A stretch of 64,000 bases of DNA, taken from positions 43,710,001 through 43,774,000 of the forward strand of contig OZ024751.1 of the NCBI GenBank assembly GCA_964016885.1, read 5' to 3'. This document shows, in pieces, positions 39,151-51,111 of the stretch; the first letter of the stretch is position 1; each line of letters starts with the position of its first letter. A model generated the notes under the pieces. That model had not been told where the DNA came from. It searched no databases and was given only the letters and a program-made list of their open reading frames with translations. The stretch is from Eledone cirrhosa (taxonomy: Eukaryota). A program made the position numbers and the translations under genes.

Positions 39151-39998
39151 AACATCCATCATCGTTTAATGTCCATCTTCCACGCTACCGTAACAATTGT
39201 AATATGTAATAAACAACTGAAAGGTGTCCACCAGACAGATGGGTGACTGCTGTTAAAATGACCAACAGATACAGATTTAATAATTGTTTCTACTTTTGGC
39301 ACAAGGCCAGCAATTACCAAGTACATTACTGGTACTTTATTTTATCAACCCCGTAAGGATGAAAGGCAAAGTTAACCTCGGCGGGATTTGAACTCAGATC
39401 GTAAAGGGATGTAACTATACTGGAAAGCATGTCTGACCCTCCACCAATACTGCCAATTCCCTGCCCTAGATACAGATTTAATAATTGTTTCTACTGTTGG
39501 CACAAGGCCAAACCTCGGCAGGATTTGAACGGGACGTAACTATGCTGGAAAGCATGGCGTCCGACTCAATACAGATTTAATGTTTACATAACATGTACAG
39601 AGAGATAGAGAAAGAGAGGTAGAGAGAAAACAGGCAGACAGTGAGGGGGGTGGGGGGTTACAACTATTTAATCATTATCAACTTTTAACATCCACATATT
39701 TAATCACGGCTAGAGCTTTCAGATGGGCCCAGGGAGTTATATTTCACTTAATCAGGACTACTTACTGACCTCTCATATAGGTCTGGAGCTTACATCTCAC
39801 TTAATCAGGGAGACTGAGGCTTAAATCTCACTTAATTAGGGCTTCTGGCTTCTCAGATGGTCCCTGGAGCTTACATCTCAATCTGGGCTACTGACAGCTC
39901 TGATGACCTCTCAGATTGACCAGAGACCATCTTACAAATGAGAGCGACTGATCTCTGGGGACCTGCATATCACTTAGATATGTTCCCATACTGTACTG

Positions 39999-42083
39999 CA
40001 GTGGTCGCCAACCTTTCTAAAACCGAGGAACCCTCTAAATATTTTGAATTCTTCACGGAACCTATACAATACAAAACTTTTCAAAAAAAATAATAAAGTA
40101 TTTATTTATTTTAGTGTTTCATGCGTGTGTATGTAATCGAACACAATGGCTTTTCTGCTGCTGCGCCTCATCAGTGAGTTTAGAAAATCGAGGTTCAACA
40201 CTAGTTAATGCCAGTCTCATACACTCGTCAATTGCTGACAGTTTATTCCTCTTCTTTGTGCAGATTTCCACCAACTGCGAAAACCCTTTTTCGCACAAAT
40301 AGCTAGATGGGAATAAAGTCAAATACTTCAATGCAAGTTGGCTGATTTCATTAAACTCCCCAATCAAGAATAAGTCGATCCATAGTTCTTTCTTTCTGCT
40401 TTCGAATATCACTTTCAGGTCTTCGTTTGAATTCAAATCCATCAACTGATGTAAGCATTGGCCAGGTAGTAAATTTTTACAATTTCCAGCGTCATTTTCT
40501 GACACTAACTGCTCGATCTCGGTGAACGGGTTTTTTATCCATAAATTTCCGCTAACAATATCTTTTTCCATCAAAATAATCTGAAAAACCTGTGGAAAGC
40601 ACATTTAAATGAGAAAGAATAATCTTCTTTAGATTGCTGGAGTCAAAATTTTCTCTCTTTTTAAGCTCTATTTCAAGGTTTGAAAGTAATTGTCCGATTC
40701 AATTCTTTTTATAAAGATGTTTAATTTTGATTGAAAATATGTAATAAAATTGATTGAAGTAAAAATATCTGCATTGTTACCCTGAAGACACTTATTTAGT
40801 TTGTTCAGTTCACCCAAATGTCTACTAAATAAGCGAGTTGCACATTCCATTCATTGGTTTCTAATACACTTGCTCTTTCATCATTCTGTTTTTTTAGAAA
40901 AACTATTATTTCTTCTCTCAGTTCAAAAACTCTCTTCATAGCATCCCCAAAAGACAGCCAACGCACATCATTGTTCAATAACAATCTATTATAATTACTT
41001 CCAGAAGATTCACAAATAGATTCAAACATTCTAGAATTTTTTGCTCTTGCATGGATCAAATTGATAATTTTGACAATGTCTTTCAGCTGGTCATTTAATA
41101 TTTGAGCATCTCTGTCTTTGAATTTTTTTTTAACACAAAACCTCTCGATGAATCATACAATGATTTGAAATACAATTTGGGGTCTGTTCTTTAATTTTTG
41201 CAATCAAACCAGAATTTTTACCAGTCATTGCAGCTGCTCCATCTGTTGTTATTGAAGTCAACTTGCTCCAAGATACACCATTTTTTTTTAAATACTCAAT
41301 TTTATTGAATATATCTTGACCTTTAGTTGTGATGTCTAATGCCAGACAAAACAAATACTCTTCTACTAATTCTTTTTTATCAAGGTCTACAAACCGTTCA
41401 TAGCTAATTAATTGAGCCTTGTTATTAATATCCGTAGTTTCGTCCACTTGCAGTCCAAAACATGGGCTTTTCTTTAGTGCAGTTAGTATCTGATTTTCTA
41501 TATCAGAAGAAATATCAATTATCCTTCTTTTTACGGTATTTGCTGACAATGGTAACTGGCTTAATTTTTCTTTGTCCTTAATACTGCAGCTTTCAAAAAG
41601 ATTCTCTGTACCAATTTTTATACTTGGCAGAATTAACTGTTCTCCTAATGTAAATGGTTTCTTGTTTTTACCAATCAAATGTGAAATCTCAAAAGATGTT
41701 CGTGTTAAAGCTTTATTTCTATCTGACTTTTTACAAAACAAGTCATACATATTAGCTTGTGATTTTTTTTATGTTGTTTTTCAGCGAAGTAAAGTATTCC
41801 AGTGACTTGTTTTTTATCATTGGTGTGATTAGTATCAATGTGAAATTGAAAGTATTCAATTTCCACGAATCTCAGAACAGTGTTTTTCTGCTAATTCAAG
41901 TGAGAAACTGAAAGTAGTGTTTTCCACGAATTGGAGTGGAGAACCTGTGTACACTACAATAGTACTTGTTCATTTATACATTGCACCTTTTTCAGAAAAC
42001 CCAAAATATTAATGGTAATGTAAATATTTATTTTTTTAAGGAACCCGGAGTTTGTTTTACGGAACCCATGTTGGCGACCACTG
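39999..42083 (-). mobile_element. hAT (Buster/Charlie-type) DNA transposon, decayed
   Basis: 14-bp perfect TIRs CAGTGGTCGCCAAC and 8-bp TSD CTGTACTG (39991-39998, 42084-42091) with central TA; lies in PFDN1 intron 3. Confidence 0.93.
40119..41850 (-). pseudogene. frameshifted Buster/ZBED5-like hAT transposase
   Basis: Fragments KKPFTLGEQLILP, PLSANTVKRRI, FGLQVDETTD, ITTDGAAAMTG, HCMIHRE, VRWLS, FPSSYLCEKGFS in several frames; N-terminal BED finger largely deleted. Confidence 0.9.
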
Positions 42084-42303
42084 CTGTACTGTACAGGGTG
42101 ACTTTTATCATGATACCAGCACTAGAGAGGTTATCATATCTTTGACACAGTTGAAGAGTATTCTTGATTCTTTGTTTCTAATACTGTAAAAACACTTTCA
42201 AATCAATCTGTCCACTAATAAAGATACTATAAACATTTGAATTAACAAAACCATCTTTTAAAAATAACTTTCTGCTAAATCATTACAAGATGTTAAGAAT
42301 TAA

Positions 42304-42504
42304 CCCTCTAGCATTTAAACCAGCTGTATCCGGCCAGAATTCTCTCACTTCTTTCTGCTCAAACTGGCCATAACTGGCCACTCATACTGATGTTAAGGTA
42401 TTGTTCTCAAAATAAATAATATCAACATCTCATAGATTCGATATTATGTGAGATAAAGCCTTTACCACGAAAATACTATAGTAAACAGAGTGAATGCTAA
42501 AGAG
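42304..42504. mobile_element. piggyBac-type MITE, second copy
   Basis: TTAA|CCCTCTAGCATT ... AATGCTAAAGAG|TCAA; internal sequence similar to 34369-34591. Confidence 0.75.
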
Positions 42505-43041
42505 TCAAACAAAAGAGTTGAAATGGAAGCAGTAGTGGAGGAGAAAGATTAGAACGAGTGTTACCAGATCTGAGACGAACTGATACAAGATGAAACAAAG
42601 AAGTACAGTTAACAAAAAGGTACATTTTTTTCACTGCAAGAATACTTACCTTGATCATATCACTGTTCTGTGGTACAGTGGTGAAATGGCCATTCTCACA
42701 GATTGGTACCATAAAGAAGAAAGACATTTTTAAGTGGCCAACTTTACAAAGACCAATTGCAAATGTCCTTGGAAAAACAGAAACTTAGCAGAAATATTTG
42801 AATACTACACACTGAAATAACCAGTTGTTGCTGTGTGTGGTGGGGGAACTCTATAAATTATATATATATAAACATACATACATATACATATATATATACC
42901 CATACAACAGCATCATCATTTTACGTCTGTTGCTCCATGCTTTCATGGATTGGACAATATATATACTGTCTAACCCATGCTAGCGTGGAAAATGGACGTT
43001 AAACGAAGATGATGATGATGATGATGATATACATATATATA

Positions 43042-43140
43042 CAGGGTGTCCCAAAAAATGTATACACACGTTGATTACCTGTACAGGCAATATTTATTAG
43101 AATGCTGTTGAAGTGTGTATACATTTTTTGGGACACCCTG
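43042..43140. mobile_element. Tc1/mariner-type MITE
   Basis: 28-bp perfect TIR CAGGGTGTCCCAAAAAATGTATACACAC, flanked by TA; half copy near 22087. Confidence 0.85.
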
Positions 43141-45756
43141 TATATAATATTATGCTAATGTAAGACATTATTATTTTTATTATTATTATATAGACTTTAA
43201 TAACCAAATTTAGTTAGTTCCATTCTTGTAATCACAAATTAAATTATTTTAATTTTATGTAAATATATATATATATTTTTTTTTGTTATTTAAAAACTTA
43301 TTTGTTGTAATTTATTTCTGAAAATAATTGACAAATGCTGCAGAAAAAGGTGTGAGGGGGTGTTAAATATAGTGGCAGGGATGGGGGGGGACAAAGTGTG
43401 CTTATGTCTAAGAGTGTGCATTGTTATTGTGCAGAAAAATGCATTTGACAAACATTACATGCACCTCAGTTGCACATTGATGCAAACATGTCATGCACAA
43501 ATGTTGCACATAACTACAAACATCTTATTGAAACACAGATATCTTGACAAACAACATTGACCAAAGATACACTGCAGAGTGTGGCAGGGGTCTGCTCTGG
43601 AGTGTTGGATTAGTAGGTTTGCTCCGTTTACAGATAATTAAGTTCATCAGAAGCAGTATTGCCCAAAGTCGGTTCCATAAGATAAAGTGTCTCTTAATGA
43701 AATGTAAAAAAATTAATATGTAGTTGCTGGTATCTGGTTTAAAATACACCATATCCCTGTTTGTTGTAAGAACCCAATACATACACACACATTACCTGCT
43801 CTCAATACACACATACACATACACACCTGCTAGGTTTTGTACACATTTCATAGAGTAACCCAGGACTTATATATATACAACTACTAGGTACTGTATATTT
43901 ATTATATAGAGTACCCCAGGATTTACTAATATATATACTGTAAAGTAGTCGTGTAGGTGTCACTATAAAAAGCATCCAGCATGCACTGTAAATGAGGTTG
44001 GTGCTAGGAAGAGTATCCAGCTGCAGAAACCAAGTCAAAATTGGTTCTGTATGAGCAAGGACATGGTCATCTGACCTGACATTGCTCACAACAGGACAAC
44101 TCGTCTAACCCATGCCAGTGTGGAAACATGGTTGTTAAATGGGAATGATGGCAACTCCTGGCAGAAGGATCAACATATAATAAAGTGTCTTGCTCAAGAA
44201 CACAACACATCGCTCGGTCCAGAAATCAAACTCACAAACTCACGATTACAAATTCCATGCTCTCACCACTACGCCACACACCTTCGTGTGGTGTTATTAA
44301 GTAAACATAAAATTACAGAATTAACTAAACTAGACAGATTAGTAATAATTAAACTAAACTAAATTAGTAATAATTAACAATAATTAACAAGCTGTTAATG
44401 ACTGATTAATTATTTTTTCGCCCTGGAAATAATATTTTTGAAATATATTTTAGTGCCATATTGTATAAGGTGGTCATTTGGAGTGTGTGTGTACATATGT
44501 GGTGTGTGTATGTATATGTGAGTGTATACATGCATGCGTACGTGGTGTGTGTATGTATACATGTGTGCATACGTGGGATGTGTGAGTGTGTGGTGCATGT
44601 ATGTACATAGTGTGTGAGTGTGTGTGTGGTGCATGTATGTACATAGTGTGTGAGTGTATGTGTGGTGCATGTATGTACATAGTGTGTGAGTGTATGTGTG
44701 AATATGTTAATTTCATGAGATTGTTGTACAGTTCATTGAAAACAACCTGGACACTCTTCGTTGAAACCAATGGTGGTCTATTCCATTCTATGCGTATGTA
44801 TGTTGTATATGTGTGTACAGGAATGTATGTATGTATCTCCTTCCCCACTTCTCTCTCGCTTGCTCTCTTATCTCACCACAGAGATTCTATGAAAACAAGA
44901 CAAAAAAATATTTTTCCGATACTCCAATATACCGAAGCTATAACTTAACAGTCACTACACCAAAAGTGTTGTAGTTATCTTCAGTTAGCAGTAGGTTTTT
45001 AGGAAAGGCAAGCAGCTTGTCGAATTAAATAGCTTCTAGAACATTACCACAATAAAACAGCATTATCAGAATTACAGAACATTAACAGAACTAATGACGA
45101 TTGCCAAATATAATGACAGAGAAACTACAAAATTAACAATTAACATTTTGCTTGAACAAACATGCTTCACCTCCTTTCATCCTTATCTTCATCATCTAGA
45201 CAGACCTCATGCAGTAAGATTGAACTTCTTAACCATTTAGAAATACTGCATCCACATACTTACATACACACCATATGCACACACTCATCTCCAGACTACC
45301 TTCACTATCCTTAACCACACCTTCGGACAGCCTGCACTACACTTAACCACAATCCAGACTGCCTTCACTACACTTAACAACACCTCCAGACAGTCTACAC
45401 TATATCTGCTCCACATTTCCAAACACCTCTCACTACATCAAACCATGCCTTTAAGTCAGACTTCACTACACAGTCCACACCTCCGCATAGCTTGCACTAC
45501 ACCTAACCACACCCCACTACCCATAGTCCGCACCTCAAAACAGCCCTTCTTACATCTATCCAAAACTCCAGTCAGCTCTCCCTATACCCAACCTTACCTC
45601 CAGCCAGCCTGCACTCCACCTAACCACACCCCACTACCCACAGTTCACACACCTGCTGCCAGCCCTCCCTACATCTAACCACACCTCTACATAGTCAACA
45701 CCCACAGATGTTCCTCAGTCCACACCAACAAACAGTAAAACCAAACAGTTACTTAC

Positions 45757-45841
45757 ATTCAAAGTTTTGATTTTCTCCTCTGATGTCTCAATTTTCTTCA
45801 TTAAGTTCTCTCTAACTTGAGGAATGTCTTGAAGTATAAAC
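45757..45841 (-). CDS. PFDN1: prefoldin subunit 1, exon 3
   Basis: ttgacag|G completes Met, then FILQDIPQVRENLMKKIETSEEKIKTLN|gtaagt (phase 0). Confidence 0.9.
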
Positions 45842-46013
45842 CTGTCAAAGAGAAAGAGAGAATAAACTGAGATTTGAAATAAAAATCCAACTTAAGCTAT
45901 GGATCATCATCATTTTCCGGCCACTGTTTCACATTTCAGAATATACTATAGAAATTTATGCAGTATATACTATAGAAATATATACAGTATATACTATAGA
46001 ATTATATACAGTA

Positions 46014-46283
46014 TCATCATCATCTTACGTCCACTTTTCCCTGCTTGCAAGGGTTGGACGGGTCCTATTCAGCACAGCATCTCTCCACTTGTCACGGTCC
46101 TTCGTCATCTCCTCAGTGAGTTTCAGCGATCTGAGGTCTGCTCTCATCACCTCCACCCATGTTTTTCGTGGTCTTCCTCTACTGCGTCTTTCCTCCACTG
46201 AGACTTCCTGGCACTTCTTCACCCATCGGTCATCCTCCATGTGCATCACATGTCCATATCATCTCAGCCTTCTCTCCTGCACA
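46014..46283 (-). mobile_element. RTE-clade LINE 3' fragment with (GAT)n tail
   Basis: GHVMHMEDDRWVKKC...RSRGRPRKTWVEV...DRDKWR, an RTE ORF C-terminus. Confidence 0.85.
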
Positions 46284-46979
46284 CTATAGTATATACTATA
46301 GAATATATACAGTATATACTATAGAATTATATCCAGTATATACTATAGAATTATATATACAGTATATACTATAGAATTATATACAGTATATAGTACAGAA
46401 TTATATATACAGTATATTCTAGAGAAATTTATACATAGTATTATATATTCATCATCATCATCATCATTTTATGTTTGCTTTTCCTTGCTTGCAAGGATGG
46501 GACGGATCTTTTTCAGCACAGCATCTCTCCATATTATATACACAAATATATATACAGTATATACTATAGAAATATATATACATAAATATATACAGTATTT
46601 ACTAGAATATCATATATATACAGTATATACTATATATTATATATGCAGTATAATATACAGAAACATGTACACCCTCCCACTGCAAAGTGGTCGTTGAGGT
46701 GCCACAGCAAAAAAGCACCCAGCCCACACTGTAAAGTGGACGTGTAGGCGCCACGGAAAAAAGGAACCCAGCACTCACTGTAAATGAGGTTGGTGTTAGG
46801 AAGGGCATCCAGCTGTAGAAATCAAGCCAAAATCAGTTCCTGTATGAGCAAGGCATGGTCAGCCGACCAGACACTGCCCACAACAGGACAACCCGTCTAA
46901 CCTATGCTAGCATGGAAGAACGGACGTAAAACGGTGATGATGATGATGTACAATATTATGTTGAGAAATATGTACTTAC

Positions 46980-47146
46980 ATTCTACCAACACCTTCATAA
47001 GTTCTGGTATCAGTGGGTAATGTTGAGATTTCCTGATCTAAGACTTTGGCATGAGCTTTCTGTCGTATTAAAGTTTCAATTTGAGCATCAGACATCTTCA
47101 GTTGTTGCCGAGTGGCTATCATCTTTGACTGAAGATCCTGGAAAGC
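46980..47146 (-). CDS. PFDN1: prefoldin subunit 1, exon 2
   Basis: ttcag|AFQDLQSKMIATRQQLKMSDAQIE...TRTYEGVGRM|gtaagt; the YEGVGRMF motif is characteristic of PFDN1. Confidence 0.93.
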
Positions 47147-47696
47147 CTGAAGTTGGCAAATAAAATATATATATATAAATATTAAATAAAAAGTGTAACA
47201 TATATATATATATATATGTGTGTGTAATAGTACAGTTCGATTTTTAGTATAATAAATAAATAACATTGTAGTGTCATGTGTCATAAAATAAATTGCTAGC
47301 GACAGATGATGACGATACAGTGAAAATGACATTCTACTTTCCCAGATATAATCTCACCACTTCATTTAGTAATACCTTAAAATAAAATAAAAAACACGAC
47401 AGTAACAGCCACCATCATCTCATTGCTAGCAATGTCTGGATTTGTGCCAAAACAATGGATTCTAGTATTTGCTGTTATATTACGATGTAGAGTCGAAACA
47501 ACAAAATATGGATAGTATATATGTGTGTGTGTGTATATATATATAGAGAGAGAGAGAGACCGGGATTTTACCTATTTCTATACCCACTCTACATCATCAC
47601 ATGCATTGAGTACTCTCATGATTAGTGATCTCTTCGGTCTCAGCACCGCAGACTTTCTCTCGATATTTATATATATATATATACCAGCGATCTTCG

Positions 47697-47730
<34 letters not shown>

Positions 47731-47828
47731 GGTTTTTGCTTCGCTTTGTTCAACAATGTTAAAACCTCTCCAGTAAAGTTGTTTTTGTTGTGTACTTGCC
47801 CTTCAATATACAGTAATATACATATATT

Positions 47829-47864
<36 letters not shown>

Positions 47865-48087
47865 CAGACAGAAAGAACGGTCCCTCTTTTGTTCTTACAG
47901 CCTCGTGTTCTTTTTGCTTTTGTTTTTTTTTTTAATCTTGCTCAACGAGTTAAATTGTCTTTTTTCAAAGTAAATTACTTTCTAACATGAAAATATAACG
48001 ATGTAATATTGACACAGAATACCTAAGGAAGATAACTATACGTCGTGTAAAGGGATGAGATAATGGAGGCAAGAGAAAGAAACGAAC

Positions 48088-48129
48088 CTTTTTCAGCTCT
48101 TGATCAACGGGAATACCTGCTACAGCCAT
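48088..48129 (-). CDS. PFDN1: prefoldin subunit 1, exon 1 (MAVAGIPVDQELKK)
   Basis: ATG at 48129, donor AAG|gttcgt; VDxELKK N-terminal motif typical of PFDN1. Confidence 0.88.
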
Positions 48130-48777
48130 TTTGGTTGAGAAGAATGCTTAGGGGGAGGTAACTCAGTTGCTACCGTTACGAGCTGACGCCACTACGTCGT
48201 CGCTCGACCTACTAGAAATAGCAGTCATAATTCTCTTTATTCACACCCTGCCGTGCTAGAATGATAGAGAGAGATGACTAGGAGAGATGACTAGGAGATG
48301 ACTAAGAGAGAGCGTTTAATTTGTCCGTATATGACTGATGACTTTGCCTTTCATCCTTTGGAGGTCGATAAATAAAGTACTAATTAAATCTTCCTTTCTC
48401 TCTCCTTCTCTGGAAGAAATCGGCTGTGTTCAAACTTGGAGACGGGATGAGCTCCGCCAGGTTTAAATCGTTACAGGTCCATACATGAACCCCTATGGAT
48501 GAGTGTGCACCATCTGGGCCTGTCCGGAGCAGGATGTTTGTTCCCAGGATTCTATGTTAATTCTTAGGCAGAGGAGTAACTAGGGTGTGACAAACATGGC
48601 ACGTGCTTGAAGTAGGAATACTTTCTATTAAAGTCAAGTAAGCTATCGTCGGAGGGTGAAAAAAAAAAAAAAAGGAACTTCGTCAGATGTATGATCTGTA
48701 TTTGATTATCACGGACGAGATATTAAACTATTTATATAAATTATTAGGCCCATAGGTAAAAAAATACTATGTTGGGA

Positions 48778-48910
48778 ATCTCATGGCCGGGGTGGGGTGG
48801 GGGGGACCTCATGGTCGCCCGGGCGGGGGAGGGGGGGACCTCATGGTCGGCCGGGAGGGGGGGACCTCATGGTCGGCCGGGCGGGGGGGACCTCATGGCC
48901 AGGAGGGGGG
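48778..48910. repeat. G-rich short tandem repeat (GGGGGACCTCATGGTCGGCCGGG)
   Basis: 4-5 variable units with long G runs. Confidence 0.85.
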
Positions 48911-48929
48911 CAATTTCACTGCTTGCGAT

Positions 48930-49140
48930 AGACGCTGTTTTCCTTAGTTTCTCCTCTGTACTTAGGATTTTCTATGATACTTCCAGGCCATCGTTGTAGT
49001 GTTTTTCCTGATCCCTATCTTGTTTGTTCCTCGTAGCAAGCTCTCCACAATGGAGTTGCTTTTGTATACGCAAATTGTTTATGCGGTCAACATGACCAAC
49101 CCAGTGAGTTGATCTCTTTTGCAATACATTGTGATTTGAT
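48930..49140 (-). mobile_element. degenerate RTE-like LINE fragment
   Basis: WVGHVDRINNLRIQKQLHCGEL motif. Confidence 0.6.
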
Positions 49141-50826
49141 CGAGGCGATGAGTTGCTAGAGTCGTTAGAACGCTGGTCAGAATGTTTAGCTGTATTCGTT
49201 CCGGCTCTCTGCTGTCTGCGTTGAAATACCGCCGAGGTCTTTCTCATTTCCACTCTCTTCTTCTTTGGAAAAAGTCGACTGTGTTCATCCCTTAAAAATA
49301 CCTTATTGCCCCTACAACTCTAATACGAGTTACGAGTCCATACATACAAAATTAATGAAGTTTCAAATTACAGTTCACATTAGTACACAAAGCATTACAA
49401 ATGATTCTTGTCCGACAACATGAAAGACAGGAGTGGTCACAACACGGAGACCTTTCTACGTATGACGGAAAATAGAGACCAGTGAAAACGGCCGACAACA
49501 AAAACGTCTGGAGTAGCAACCCAACGACTGCCTGCACCAGTTGCGGGAACATAATTGATTGATAATATAGCACGGGAGGGGAGTCATAGGATTACTGCAC
49601 ACCATCAGTTACGACACAGGGGTAACACCAAATCTAGTATCGCCATTGAATCGAGGAGACGCTGGACTTAAGGGTTAGTTTTCAAGGTCCACGTGGATTA
49701 CTCTGCATTAAAACACAACAAAAGTTAATCTAAGATACTTAACAATACTAGCTAAATTTTTAACCTATCCGAGTGGTTAAGAAGTTCTCTTCGCGATCAT
49801 TATGTCCCGTGATCGATTCTATTGCGGTGCAGCTATTTACCAAAGCCTCAGGTCGACCCATACCTTGGGAGTGAAATTGGACAAACGGGGGCTGTTAAGA
49901 AGCCCTTCGGATAGACTGTACCTTTCATTCAAAGTGCTAGCCTTGTAACAAACTGTGTCACTCTAAATCGCCTCGAGAATTACGTTAAGGGTACACGTGT
50001 CTGTGGAATGCTCAGTCACTTACACGTTAATTTCATGTGTAGGCTGATCGAACAATTGGAACACTCGTCGTAAAACCCGACAGAGGTTTATTTCATTCTA
50101 TGGTGACCTTTCACAATTAGTTCGAAAGGTCACCATGAAAAATTTCACAACAATTCGGTCCTGTTTTTCCATTTTCTTCAAACTTAGACATTTTCTTTTC
50201 CATTATTATAACGATTTATTTTTCCTATTTACAAAATAAACTTAACCAACCCCCCAAAAAACAAAAAAAAAACATGCAAACGATTTTTAAAACATATACG
50301 TTTGCTCATATATATTCCTTTATTAGTAACCTTTTAAGTTCTCTGAAAACAACGTCAACCTTTGTTGCTCCTGTACTCCTGACAATGAGCTAAATTCGAT
50401 CCTACACATCCACCTGGGCAAAGAAATATTACTGAACAGCAAGAAGAATAGCAAGCATGTCATTGAGTGGTGCTTTAAAACAACGATTCCAATATTGTTA
50501 CGAGATCGTGCTGCTGTCGAATCGAAAGTCTAGTAGCAAACAATATTGGAACGAACTCTTGTTCCTCCCTACTGGCTGTTCTTGATAGTAAACGCTACCG
50601 AAATTATTTAACAGTTTGCCAAAAAAAATTTGTATTTAAAATACACACGAATACAAAACAAAAAAACCTCCACAAAAAACTTAGCGTTAAAATATAAAAA
50701 CGAAAAGATTGCGTTTTGATGTTGCAGTGTAAAGAAAATATTTTCAAACAGTCTTCGAATCTTCATATAAACGCTTGAGGGAAGAAAGTCAGCAACAACA
50801 AAACAAAAACAGAAACTACGACAGCT

Positions 50827-51111
50827 ATGAGTTGCAATATTCCTCCTGGCATGAAGAGGCCCCAGATAAGTGTATTAAACAAGAAAATTCGCATGTTAGG
50901 TAATTCTTGTATCTGCGAACGGAGCCTCTGTGAAGTGGAGTGTTCGATGTGTGGACACACTGTAATTGGGCGCAGTCAATTAAGCTGTGGACAACATCCT
51001 AATGTGATACACTTAATGGATTTAACAAATTGTCCCAACTGTAAAAGTGACCGGCTTTGGGAGAGAGAACTTTCATTAAAGTGGGCGAACTCGAGAAATA
51101 TCCGGCAGTAA
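50827..51111 (+). CDS. small single-exon Cys/His-rich putative zinc-binding protein (resembles Drosophila CG13380-like family)
   Basis: 94-aa non-repetitive ORF with CxC..R, CxxC, GR...C..HP....LMD...CPxC pattern; family assignment from memory, not searched. Confidence 0.7.
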   Translation: MSCNIPPGMKRPQISVLNKKIRMLGNSCICERSLCEVECSMCGHTVIGRSQLSCGQHPNVIHLMDLTNCPNCKSDRLWERELSLKWANSRNIRQ

